Part shown: positions 45,119-52,473 of the stretch, one piece after another
Layout: every line of letters starts with the position of its first letter
How positions within the stretch are numbered: position 1 is the first letter of the stretch
Source of the DNA: a virus
Lineage: Duplodnaviria > Caudoviricetes
IMG/VR virus record: IMGVR_UViG_3300037245_002311
Location: 1-52,473 of that record
Strand: one strand, 5' to 3'
DNA length: 52,473 nucleotides
Notes under the pieces: generated by a model
What the model was told of the DNA's origin: nothing
The model's input: only the letters and a program-made list of their open reading frames with translations
Databases searched by the model: none
Translations under genes and position numbers: made by a program

Positions 45119-45412
45119 GTGCCCGCTATAAATTCGATCGAGGCCGTGATCGCCGCAGCTCGAGAGGCACGCCTGACTGCTGACGGGCACCAGCAGCTCG
45201 CGATCGCGATCAGCCAGGTGCTCACGCAGCTCGAGGCGGCCGGCCAGAGCGTGCCCGAACTCGAGCGCCGGCGACTTCGAATCGAGCGGCTCGAGCAGCA
45301 GCTGCGAAATGCTGGCCTCGAGCCAGAAGAAGGCCCCCCCGTCGAGAATGACCCACAGTCGAAGCCCCTTCGGGCGGTCGGCGCTTCAGAGTCTGAATCT
45401 GTAGAGGGGTGA
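45119..45412 (+). CDS. Small coiled-coil protein
   Basis: Follows fibre gene. Confidence 0.6.
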   Translation: MPAINSIEAVIAAAREARLTADGHQQLAIAISQVLTQLEAAGQSVPELERRRLRIERLEQQLRNAGLEPEEGPPVENDPQSKPLRAVGASESESVEG

Positions 45413-45415
45413 GAA

Positions 45416-45838
45416 ATGCCGAGCGCATCTAGTGCATCGAATCAGTCGAGAGCCTGGTCTGCCTTTCAGGTAATAGCGGCGCCGCTCGCAGTGCTTGCGA
45501 TCATCGGCGTGATCGGCATGCGCGACAGTGTGCGCGACGGCGAGACCTTCGACCGCGATGCCCAGGTTTTTCACGGCGACGTGAAGACCCGACTCACGCA
45601 CCTCGAGCGACCCGAGGCGATCATTCAACTCGCCCAGGCGACCGAGGCGGTCTCTGATGTCAAAGAGACCGCCAAGCTCGCAGCTGCGAACGCCAGCGCG
45701 ATCGGCGTCGTGCAGGTCGAGCAGCAGGCCCAGCGCGCCGACCTTTCTCGGCAAGAAGGCTACCTGCTACAGCTGCTCGAGCACGCGAACGTGATACCGA
45801 AACCGAGGTCAGCGCCGAGGTCGACTGGGGGGCCCTGA
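45416..45838 (+). CDS. Membrane-anchored coiled-coil protein (lysis module)
   Basis: One TM helix; upstream of endolysin. Confidence 0.6.
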   Translation: MPSASSASNQSRAWSAFQVIAAPLAVLAIIGVIGMRDSVRDGETFDRDAQVFHGDVKTRLTHLERPEAIIQLAQATEAVSDVKETAKLAAANASAIGVVQVEQQAQRADLSRQEGYLLQLLEHANVIPKPRSAPRSTGGP

Positions 45839-46389
45839 TGCCGAAGGCTCGATTTCCGCTCTTCATTCCCGACCGCATCGCAGTGCATCATTCAGCCTCT
45901 GGCCGCGCGACGAGCTTCGCCCAGGTCGTGCGCTGGCACACCGACCCGAAGCCGAAGACGAAGGGCGGGCACGGCGGGCACGGCTGGCCGGCCGTCGGAT
46001 ATAATCACATGATCGGGGCAAAAGGGGGCAGCCAGGTCGGCCGCATCGTGCCGCAGCGAGGCTGCGCGGTCGCCCTTCGCAACTCGGGCACGCTGAGCGT
46101 GCTGCTGATGGGGCACAATTCCGCAGAAATACCTCGAGGCCGTGCGCTCTGGAAGGTCGAGCACGAGCGCCGCCGCTGGGCTCAGGTGCAGGTCGACGCC
46201 CTGCAGCGATACCTCGACGCCTGCTTCGTGATCTGGCCTCACCTCGAGCACCAGGTCGGCGGGCACCGAGACTTCACCGCCCCGAATCGCCCGAGCGAGT
46301 GCCCTGGCCTCGACATCGGCGAACTGAGGGGCTACCGCTGGAATCTCGAGCTTTACTGGCGGCGCGCACTCGAGCGCGCAAAGGGGTGA
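45838..46389 (+). CDS. Endolysin, N-acetylmuramoyl-L-alanine amidase (Amidase_2)
   Basis: IAVHHSA, GWPAVGYNHMI, GR, GHRDF...SECPG. Confidence 0.88.
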   Translation: MPKARFPLFIPDRIAVHHSASGRATSFAQVVRWHTDPKPKTKGGHGGHGWPAVGYNHMIGAKGGSQVGRIVPQRGCAVALRNSGTLSVLLMGHNSAEIPRGRALWKVEHERRRWAQVQVDALQRYLDACFVIWPHLEHQVGGHRDFTAPNRPSECPGLDIGELRGYRWNLELYWRRALERAKG

Positions 46390-46393
46390 TCTG

Positions 46394-46993
46394 ATGACGA
46401 CTCGAGACCCAGCAAGCGGCAAGAGAATCGGCACCGAAGGCCTGCTCGCTCTCACGCCGGCCGGCGTCGTGATCGTCTATTTCGCCGGGCAGATCTTTCC
46501 TGGCATGCCAGAAGAAGTGAAGCAGGCCCTGGTCGGCCTGGTCGTCACTGGCGGCGCGATCGTGATCAGCCGCCTGCGAGACCGCAGGCACGCCGGCAAA
46601 AGCCTGCTGGGTGTCGGCCTGGTGATCAGCCTGCTGATGCTGCAGGGCTGCGTGAGCTACGACGCCGCGGGCTATCGCGGCACGGCCTCGGCTGAGATCC
46701 GAGCGCTGAGCCAGACGCCTGCCCAGCTGACCGCAGCTCGCTGCCAGGCTCACCTGGCCGCCTCGAAGGCCCTGCTCGATGAAGACGGCGACGCCTCTGC
46801 CTTTCGTGGGCCTCTGGGTGCCGCTCGTGCCCTGAATCCGACCGCCCAGGCGCACGCGCGCCAGGCCGCGATCTGCCAGAAGTTTCTCGAGCTGGTCGCT
46901 GACGGCCGCGCGAGCCAGGCCTCGATCGACCGAGCCTTCGCCGCCTGGCTGAGGCAGTATCGAAGCGGCAACGCGCTGCTAGGGGGCAACTGA
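46394..46993 (+). CDS. Holin-like/spanin-like membrane lipoprotein
   Basis: Two TM segments, then a third hydrophobic segment ending in lipobox LQGC. Confidence 0.55.
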   Translation: MTTRDPASGKRIGTEGLLALTPAGVVIVYFAGQIFPGMPEEVKQALVGLVVTGGAIVISRLRDRRHAGKSLLGVGLVISLLMLQGCVSYDAAGYRGTASAEIRALSQTPAQLTAARCQAHLAASKALLDEDGDASAFRGPLGAARALNPTAQAHARQAAICQKFLELVADGRASQASIDRAFAAWLRQYRSGNALLGGN

Positions 46994-47449
46994 ATGCCGA
47001 TCGACGCTGAGCTTCTGCGAACCTTCGCGACCAGCAGCGCCGCAGCGCTCGCTGCAGGCATCTCTGACACCGGCGCCGCCGATGTCGTGACCCTCGAGAC
47101 CGCGACGACTCAGATCGATCGCTTTATCGAGAAGCACGTCGAAGCGCTCGGCCGAGCCAGCGGCGACTTCGTCGTCGAGATCATCGCCCAGGCGACAGCG
47201 CCGGCCGTCGAGCCCGTGAGCTTCACCTATTCGCTCGAGGAACTCAGCGCCGACGAGCTGGCCGACCTGGCCGAGGCCGACGCCGCGATCGTCGGGCAGC
47301 TCGAGGCCGATATTCTCGGGGCTCGAAAAGAGCTGATCGCAGACCTGCAGCAAGCAGTCGGCACGCTGGCGCGCGCTGCTCTCGCTGCCGGCGTCGCAGG
47401 CCTGGCGGGGATGGATTCGACGCCCGACCTGCATGGGGGTGCCCGATGA
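46994..47449 (+). CDS. Hypothetical helical protein
   Basis: GGGGG RBS. Confidence 0.7.
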   Translation: MPIDAELLRTFATSSAAALAAGISDTGAADVVTLETATTQIDRFIEKHVEALGRASGDFVVEIIAQATAPAVEPVSFTYSLEELSADELADLAEADAAIVGQLEADILGARKELIADLQQAVGTLARAALAAGVAGLAGMDSTPDLHGGAR

Positions 47450-48081
47450 CAGGAAGACGACCCGACATCCCGAGACCTGACGACTCGCTGCCGCCGGCGG
47501 CCTGGTCGATTCAATATCGCCCTGGCACCTTTCCCGATGAATTCAATAAGGTCGACGAATTCAGCTTCGAAGACTCGCCGAGCTTCGACCCGGATGATCG
47601 CGCGACGCACGCGAAGCCCTGGGAGGCACCTGGTGCTTATGCGGTTTTCGCGACCTACCTGGACGAATTCGGCAACCGTCGCGAAATCCCAGGCGCTGAT
47701 TTTATCATCTATCAGCGAATCGCTGAGCAGGGTATCACCGAGGGCACCTTCATCGGTGGCGGGCGCGATGACGTTGCCGATCGCATGGTCGACGGTGAAT
47801 CGATCGCCGTCTTCGCTGGCAAGTGGATCGCCGACGAGAACTTCGAGCGCGTGCGGCAGAGCGCTCGACATGACCGGCGATTCCCTGCGAGCCTAGACGA
47901 CCGCGACGGCGTGATCGCCGAACTCGAAGCGGCGGCAGCCGACACTGGGAAAAATCGTTATGACGTGATCATGCAGGCGATCTACAGGGCGCGAAATCTC
48001 GGCTATCCCCAGTCGCCTTTTATCGACGACATCGTCGAGGATGCGCTCTATGCCGCGATGCAGGCCAGGCGCGGCCGCTGA
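47446..48081 (+). CDS. Hypothetical protein
   Basis: GGGGG RBS, ATGA coupling. Confidence 0.7.
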   Translation: MTGRRPDIPRPDDSLPPAAWSIQYRPGTFPDEFNKVDEFSFEDSPSFDPDDRATHAKPWEAPGAYAVFATYLDEFGNRREIPGADFIIYQRIAEQGITEGTFIGGGRDDVADRMVDGESIAVFAGKWIADENFERVRQSARHDRRFPASLDDRDGVIAELEAAAADTGKNRYDVIMQAIYRARNLGYPQSPFIDDIVEDALYAAMQARRGR

Positions 48082-48102
48082 CGCCGGGGGGCTTAACTCC
48101 GT

Positions 48103-49719
48103 ATGGGCGTTTGCATCTCCTGCAACGAACTCAGCCAGCGAAACTACGTCATTAGAAATAACGACGGCGGGCTGCAGCCTCCTGCCGACGGTGGGGCAAG
48201 CGCTAAGACTGACATAAACGAAGAAAAAGGGTTATTCGCCGCTGGCAACCGATACGCTGGCGGAATCTTCCGAGTCCGTGTGACTGTGCGCAGCACGTTT
48301 CCCGACTCTCACGTCTTCAGGTGGAAACGCAAGAAGGGAAATCAAAATTTTTTCAATCTACACACGACTTCGAGCGTCGCGCGCATCGCCTTCGACCCCG
48401 AGCGGGATCACTACGACCACAACGACGACTGCCCTTTTTATATCGGGGGGCTCGGCGAGTCGGCTCACATTGAAAACAATAACGGCGCGATCCGCAGCGG
48501 TGACTTCACCGGCACCTGCACCTTTCCGTCTGGCACCAACGAAGCCGAGCTAGAGGTCTCCGTTTACATACTGGCCGGCGACGTGAACTCAGGCCAGGGC
48601 GTCAGCTTTCGCGTGTACGAAGACAGCGGCCAGGCCTTCGATTCTGGTTACCAGAACACAGCTAAGGTCTTCGGACGAAAGCAGCTTATCGGCGGCGATA
48701 TGGTGCAGGCTGCTTTTCAAGTGCGAGCAGACGATGGGCCCGAGCACCTTCTGCCTGTTCAAGGCGGCGCCAGCAACCTCGCCGGCTTGAATCAGAATCC
48801 GACGATCGTCGTCGGAGGCGAGGGCCTTCGCGGAGAAGTGCAGAACTTTCGAAACCGTTACCTGATGCAGGGCGATCTCAACTGGCCGCAAGAGATTCAG
48901 CTGATCGAGGTCTATAGCGTCGACGACGGCGCGAACTGGCTCGACGTGCCCGAGGGCCCCCAGCTGGTCGCACCCGTCGAGCGCGTGCCGAGCAGCTACC
49001 TCAGGCAGGGCGACGACATCGCCGACGGGCCGGCACGACTCGGCTCGGGCACGTTTCTGAGTGCGAACGCCGGCCAGGTCGTCGAGACGAAGCAGGCCTT
49101 TCTCGAGTACCCAAGCGGCGAAGTCGAAACCGAGCTTGAATTCTGTAACCGTCCAGTGCCGAGTCTGATCGACGGCGACGTGCCGATTCGCTTCAGGCTC
49201 GAGCGCGTCACGCCTCCGATCGCCGAACAATTCAACACGCGCTCGAGCTGGTATCTCGACAGCTATGCCGACGATCTCGAGATCACCTTCTCGAAACAGA
49301 CCGCCGGCGCACTCGATGAAGGCATCGCAACGCTGCTGCAGTCGAAAGGCCTCGGCACGATCGGCGCACCTGCTGCGATCGCTGGCACGGCGATCGTCGT
49401 CGGCGAAGAGCAGGAATCGAAGCGCCCGCAGATCGCCATTCTGCCCGAAGGCGGCCGCAGCGATCGGGTGCTCGGTGAGTTTCCGAAGTTTCAGATCTTC
49501 ACGAGCAGCCTGAACTATGAAGAAGCGAGGGCGCTCTCTGAATCGGTGCACCAGGCGCTGAATCAGCACCAGGGCGCTCTGCTCGGCCGGCCGGTCGCTC
49601 GCATTCAGGCCGAATTCGAGCCGATCCCTCTGGGCCGCGGCACTGACGGCGTGCAGGGCGGCCGGCACCGATTCGCCCAGACCTTCGAAGTGATCACCCG
49701 AGCCTTCAGGCCGACCTGA
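48103..49719 (+). CDS. Large protein with duplicated beta domain and C-terminal tail-terminator paralogue
   Basis: C-terminal about 135 aa aligns with 32569..32982 (DRVLG.FPKF, H.AL.QHQGAL, RIQ, LGR, F.QT). Confidence 0.75.
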   Translation: MGVCISCNELSQRNYVIRNNDGGLQPPADGGASAKTDINEEKGLFAAGNRYAGGIFRVRVTVRSTFPDSHVFRWKRKKGNQNFFNLHTTSSVARIAFDPERDHYDHNDDCPFYIGGLGESAHIENNNGAIRSGDFTGTCTFPSGTNEAELEVSVYILAGDVNSGQGVSFRVYEDSGQAFDSGYQNTAKVFGRKQLIGGDMVQAAFQVRADDGPEHLLPVQGGASNLAGLNQNPTIVVGGEGLRGEVQNFRNRYLMQGDLNWPQEIQLIEVYSVDDGANWLDVPEGPQLVAPVERVPSSYLRQGDDIADGPARLGSGTFLSANAGQVVETKQAFLEYPSGEVETELEFCNRPVPSLIDGDVPIRFRLERVTPPIAEQFNTRSSWYLDSYADDLEITFSKQTAGALDEGIATLLQSKGLGTIGAPAAIAGTAIVVGEEQESKRPQIAILPEGGRSDRVLGEFPKFQIFTSSLNYEEARALSESVHQALNQHQGALLGRPVARIQAEFEPIPLGRGTDGVQGGRHRFAQTFEVITRAFRPT

Positions 49720-49859
49720 TGCAGCTCGAGCGCCTGGTGCGCCGGCGCTTCGGGCTCGCCGTGCTGGGGTTTTCAGCCGCCTATGCCGGGCTACTCTGGG
49801 CGCTCACGAAGCCGAATCTGCTGCGCGATGTCGTCGCGTGGCTCTGGGGGAAATCATGA
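49719..49859 (+). CDS. Small membrane protein (46 aa, not in ORF track)
   Basis: TGATG and ATGA coupling on both sides; one TM helix. Confidence 0.55.
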   Translation: MQLERLVRRRFGLAVLGFSAAYAGLLWALTKPNLLRDVVAWLWGKS

Positions 49860-50338
49860 AGCAGCACACCGAGGCGCTCTGCAGCATCGCTCTGCTGATC
49901 GCTGGCATTCTCATCGCCGTCGCGCTCTGGTCTTCGATCACGGCACCAGCTCACGCAGTTGACGAGGTCTGCCTGCTCTCGGCGCTACCAGCTGAGCCGA
50001 CCGAGATCGACGCCTCGAGCGGAAAGATCGCGATCTGCTCGCCGCTCTTCGATAACTCGACGCCCGAGCTGGCCTGGCCGGAAACCGGCAGGCCGATGCG
50101 CTGCGTGATCGAGATCGACGGCGATGTCGTCGTGCAAACCGGCGACATCGGGCCCGGTGTCGCCTATGAATTCGTCGACTTGACGATGCGCGACGTGCAC
50201 CTTCTGCAGAGCTGGTGCACCTCTGCGCATATCGAGGGGAAGGGCGACCTGCTGGCGATTCAGCCGATCCCTGCGAATTTCCCGCCGACGCCGCCGCTGC
50301 TGCAGCCCTGCCGGCCTTTCATGGTGCCGCTGCAGTAA
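49856..50338 (+). CDS. Putative secreted protein
   Basis: GGGGG RBS; signal peptide ending AHA; four Cys in the mature core. Confidence 0.65.
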   Translation: MKQHTEALCSIALLIAGILIAVALWSSITAPAHAVDEVCLLSALPAEPTEIDASSGKIAICSPLFDNSTPELAWPETGRPMRCVIEIDGDVVVQTGDIGPGVAYEFVDLTMRDVHLLQSWCTSAHIEGKGDLLAIQPIPANFPPTPPLLQPCRPFMVPLQ

Positions 50339-50415
50339 TCGTCTGGTGATCCTGGGCGATGCGCTCGAGCGCCGCCGCCTCTGAAAACGCCCGCCTGCCC
50401 TGAGATTACCGGTCG

Positions 50416-50452
50416 AAGGGCTGACGGGCGCCGGCTGGACTGTCCAGCCCTT
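50416..50452. terminator. Hairpin between convergent gene blocks
   Basis: AAGGGCTG...CAGCCCTT arms. Confidence 0.35.
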
Positions 50453-50725
50453 TCAGAGGTGCGGGGCAGGGCGCCCCGAAGCTGCACGCCGATCTCGAGC
50501 GCGACCGACCGAACCAGGCTCTGCGGCACCGGCGTCGCCGCTCTCGACCAGCGACTTGATGAATGACTCTCGAGCCTTCTTCAGCGCTCGCAGGCCGTCG
50601 CTTTTATTCTTCCCCTCGGCGAGCAGCTCGTCGACCAGGTGCGCGAAATCGTCGATCGGCTCGCTGACCCGCCTCAGCGCCTTCGTGTGGTGCTTGTGAT
50701 TAAAAAACCGCAGAAGCTCGCTCAC
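50453..50725 (-). CDS. Hypothetical protein
   Basis: MSELLRFFNHKH...GLRALKKARE; overlap coupling. Confidence 0.7.
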   Translation of the reverse strand: MSELLRFFNHKHHTKALRRVSEPIDDFAHLVDELLAEGKNKSDGLRALKKARESFIKSLVESGDAGAAEPGSVGRARDRRAASGRPAPHL

Positions 50726-51120
50726 GATGTCGCCCCCTTCAGAAAGCGCTGCCCGATTTCTTCAGTCGCACCCTCGACGGCGGCCATCGTCTCGCAGGGC
50801 CAGATCTCTCTGCACCTGGTGCAGATCCAGATATAGGCCGCATTCCCCGGCAGGTCGCCGACCATCTCGACGCGACGGTGAACGGCTCGCAGCTCGCCGA
50901 CGTGCTCGCGAATCGTTTCGAGATCATCTCTCACGCAGCCCAGGCACTGAAAGTCTCGATTCTCGTGCCGATCGCATTCGCTGAGCCAGGGCTTCTCGAC
51001 CATGTCGACCAGGCGCTCGACCGTCTCGAGCAGCACACCGGTGAGCAGATCAGACCCCGAGGTGTGACTTCTGAGAATGCGGCGCGCGTCTTCGACCAGC
51101 TGGTCGCGAGCCTCGCTCAT
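50722..51120 (-). CDS. Hypothetical protein with Cys/His motifs
   Basis: CDRH...CLGC; H...CTRC...WPC. Confidence 0.7.
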   Translation of the reverse strand: MSEARDQLVEDARRILRSHTSGSDLLTGVLLETVERLVDMVEKPWLSECDRHENRDFQCLGCVRDDLETIREHVGELRAVHRRVEMVGDLPGNAAYIWICTRCREIWPCETMAAVEGATEEIGQRFLKGATS

Positions 51121-51491
51121 GACATCGAGACCGCGACATAAGCCGCGACCAGGTCGGCGACCAGGCCGTCGTGCGAGCGCGCATCGAGGTCTAACTGCGA
51201 GCCTTCGGTGACTCTCTTCGCGATCGCCGCGGCCGCATCGGTCAGCGCTTCGATCGCCAGTTTGCGCTCACTCTTCAAGCGCGAGAATTCGTCGGCCATC
51301 GGGCAGGTCGAGAAGTGACTCACCAGAAAGGCCGCCTCGCCCTCGACGATCTGACGGCTCGCCAGCTTCGCGACGGGCTGGCCTTGCTGCAGCGTCACCT
51401 CATAGGTCGGCGCCGAGACGTCGAGCGGCACTGCGTGCTGGCCTTCGACTGCGCCGAAAATGATCTTCTTTCCGCATTTACATCGCTTCAC
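51117..51491 (-). CDS. Hypothetical protein with Zn-binding motif
   Basis: GGGGGG RBS before GTG 51491; CKCG...SHFSTCP. Confidence 0.7.
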   Translation of the reverse strand: MKRCKCGKKIIFGAVEGQHAVPLDVSAPTYEVTLQQGQPVAKLASRQIVEGEAAFLVSHFSTCPMADEFSRLKSERKLAIEALTDAAAAIAKRVTEGSQLDLDARSHDGLVADLVAAYVAVSMS

Positions 51492-51771
51492 CTGGCCCCC
51501 CTTTCGGCCTGGCACTCTTCGCGACGAGCGCACCCGTCAGAAAGAGCTGCTCGATCGCTGAATTCATGTCGGCCGAGAGCAGGCGACTGCCGCCGGCTCT
51601 CTTAATCGCCTGCCCCAGATCGTCGATTCTGATCAGCAAGTCGCCGACGTTCAGGTCGCGCTCGAGCAGTCGCTCGAGGGTTGCTTTCGTGAGGCGCGCT
51701 ACTCTGCTCAGCTCTCGATTGCTGAGCGCGCAGAGCTGCTTCGCAGTCGTCAGCGCTTCGAGATCATTCAC
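51478..51771 (-). CDS. Hypothetical protein, possible HTH
   Basis: LSNRELSRVARLTKATLERL. Confidence 0.6.
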   Translation of the reverse strand: MNDLEALTTAKQLCALSNRELSRVARLTKATLERLLERDLNVGDLLIRIDDLGQAIKRAGGSRLLSADMNSAIEQLFLTGALVAKSARPKGGPGEAM

Positions 51772-51921
51772 GCCTGCCCCCCCATTGAGTCGATCGCCGG
51801 CACTCCAGGGTGCAAAAAACCCATCGCCGACGATCGACTCGCCTCACTTCCAGCGCTGGGGCCTCATCGCTTAAGAGCCCCAGCGACCGCTACCGCGACA
51901 CCGTTGCCGCGGGCGATTCGT

Positions 51922-52164
51922 TCAGCGCGCTCTGCGCATTTTTCCCTTGCCGAGAATCAGCCAGTCGAGGCTGACGCCTTCCTTCAGCGCGATCGTGATC
52001 AGAAAGTCGATATGCGGATTCGTGCCGCTCTCGTAGCGATTCACATTTTGCTGGAAGACTCCCAGCTTTCGAGCGAAGGCGCGCTGGGATCGGTCTGGGC
52101 CCCTCACCGCCGCGATCCGGTCGGCGAGGTGCCGCTTCACTTGCTGAATACTACGGTCGGGCAT
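51922..52164 (-). CDS. XRE-family HTH transcriptional regulator
   Basis: SQRAFARKLGVFQQNVNRYESG...P...VSLDWLILG. Confidence 0.9.
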   Translation of the reverse strand: MPDRSIQQVKRHLADRIAAVRGPDRSQRAFARKLGVFQQNVNRYESGTNPHIDFLITIALKEGVSLDWLILGKGKMRRAR

Positions 52165-52168
52165 GGTC

Positions 52169-52473
52169 TCATTCTCCTATTCGGGCAGCGCCAGTGCCGC
52201 CTTCAGTGAACCAGGTCACGACGCCGGCGAGCTGCGCCGCCGGGGGGTCGGGCTTCTGGCAGGTCGCCAGGGCCAGCACCGCCTGGTAGTTCGGCGAGAC
52301 GTCGACCAGGGCTCGCAGCAGCGCGCCCTTTCCGACCTGGTCGAGGTGATCGACTCGGTCGACGACCAGCATCGGAAAGCCAGCGATCGAGGCGATCGCG
52401 TGCTGCACGGCGACCGCCAGGCGCTCTCGGCAGCTCTCGCTGAGCTGCTGCCAGCGCCGCCAGCGGCCAGCCC
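52169..52473 (-). CDS. C-terminus of SbcC/Rad50-like ABC ATPase (5' end outside window)
   Basis: Frame open to window edge: WQQLSESCRERL...PMLVVDRVDHLD (signature-like plus Walker B/D-loop). Confidence 0.7.
   Translation of the reverse strand, partial: AGRWRRWQQLSESCRERLAVAVQHAIASIAGFPMLVVDRVDHLDQVGKGALLRALVDVSPNYQAVLALATCQKPDPPAAQLAGVVTWFTEGGTGAARIGE

Noticed and set aside
1-52473. tRNA/rRNA genes, integrase/att sites, DGR reverse transcriptase
   Set aside because: No cloverleaf, recombinase motifs, RT motifs or TR/VR pair recognised by eye; they may lie outside the window

Overview
A large part of a high-GC tailed (siphovirus-like) bacteriophage genome. (1) 120-12660, + strand: early/accessory region of short genes cut into units by 13 copies of a conserved element, CT(C/A)AAG-N14/15-(G/A/C)CCG(A/T)TAAG. 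It matches the sigma28 (FliA/SigD/WhiG) promoter consensus, and in 11 copies it is followed exactly 7 nt later by ATG-AC(C/A), suggesting leaderless starts. These units carry two PP-loop/PAPS-reductase-like enzymes, a TGT-fold (DpdA-like) protein, a C5 cytosine methyltransferase, a DEDDh exonuclease and a GIY-YIG nuclease. (2) 12700-21300: small genes (ASCH, AP2-like, HTH, DUF1353-like), a degenerate 48-49 bp tandem repeat array, and an origin-like intergenic region with a perfect chromosomal-type parS palindrome, then a sigma-region-4-like regulator. (3) 21400-50340: terminase, portal, head, neck, tail (with a -1 frameshift chaperone), tape measure, tail tip/fibre and lysis genes, plus a second tail-terminator domain fused to a large protein. 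(4) 50450-end, - strand: small genes, an XRE HTH protein and the C-terminus of an SbcC/Rad50-like ATPase. In the segments counted GGA/TCC is strongly depleted, and ribosome binding sites across the window are mostly GGGGG rather than GGAGG. No integrase, tRNA or CRISPR array was seen. All protein family calls come from motif recognition by eye, not database searches.
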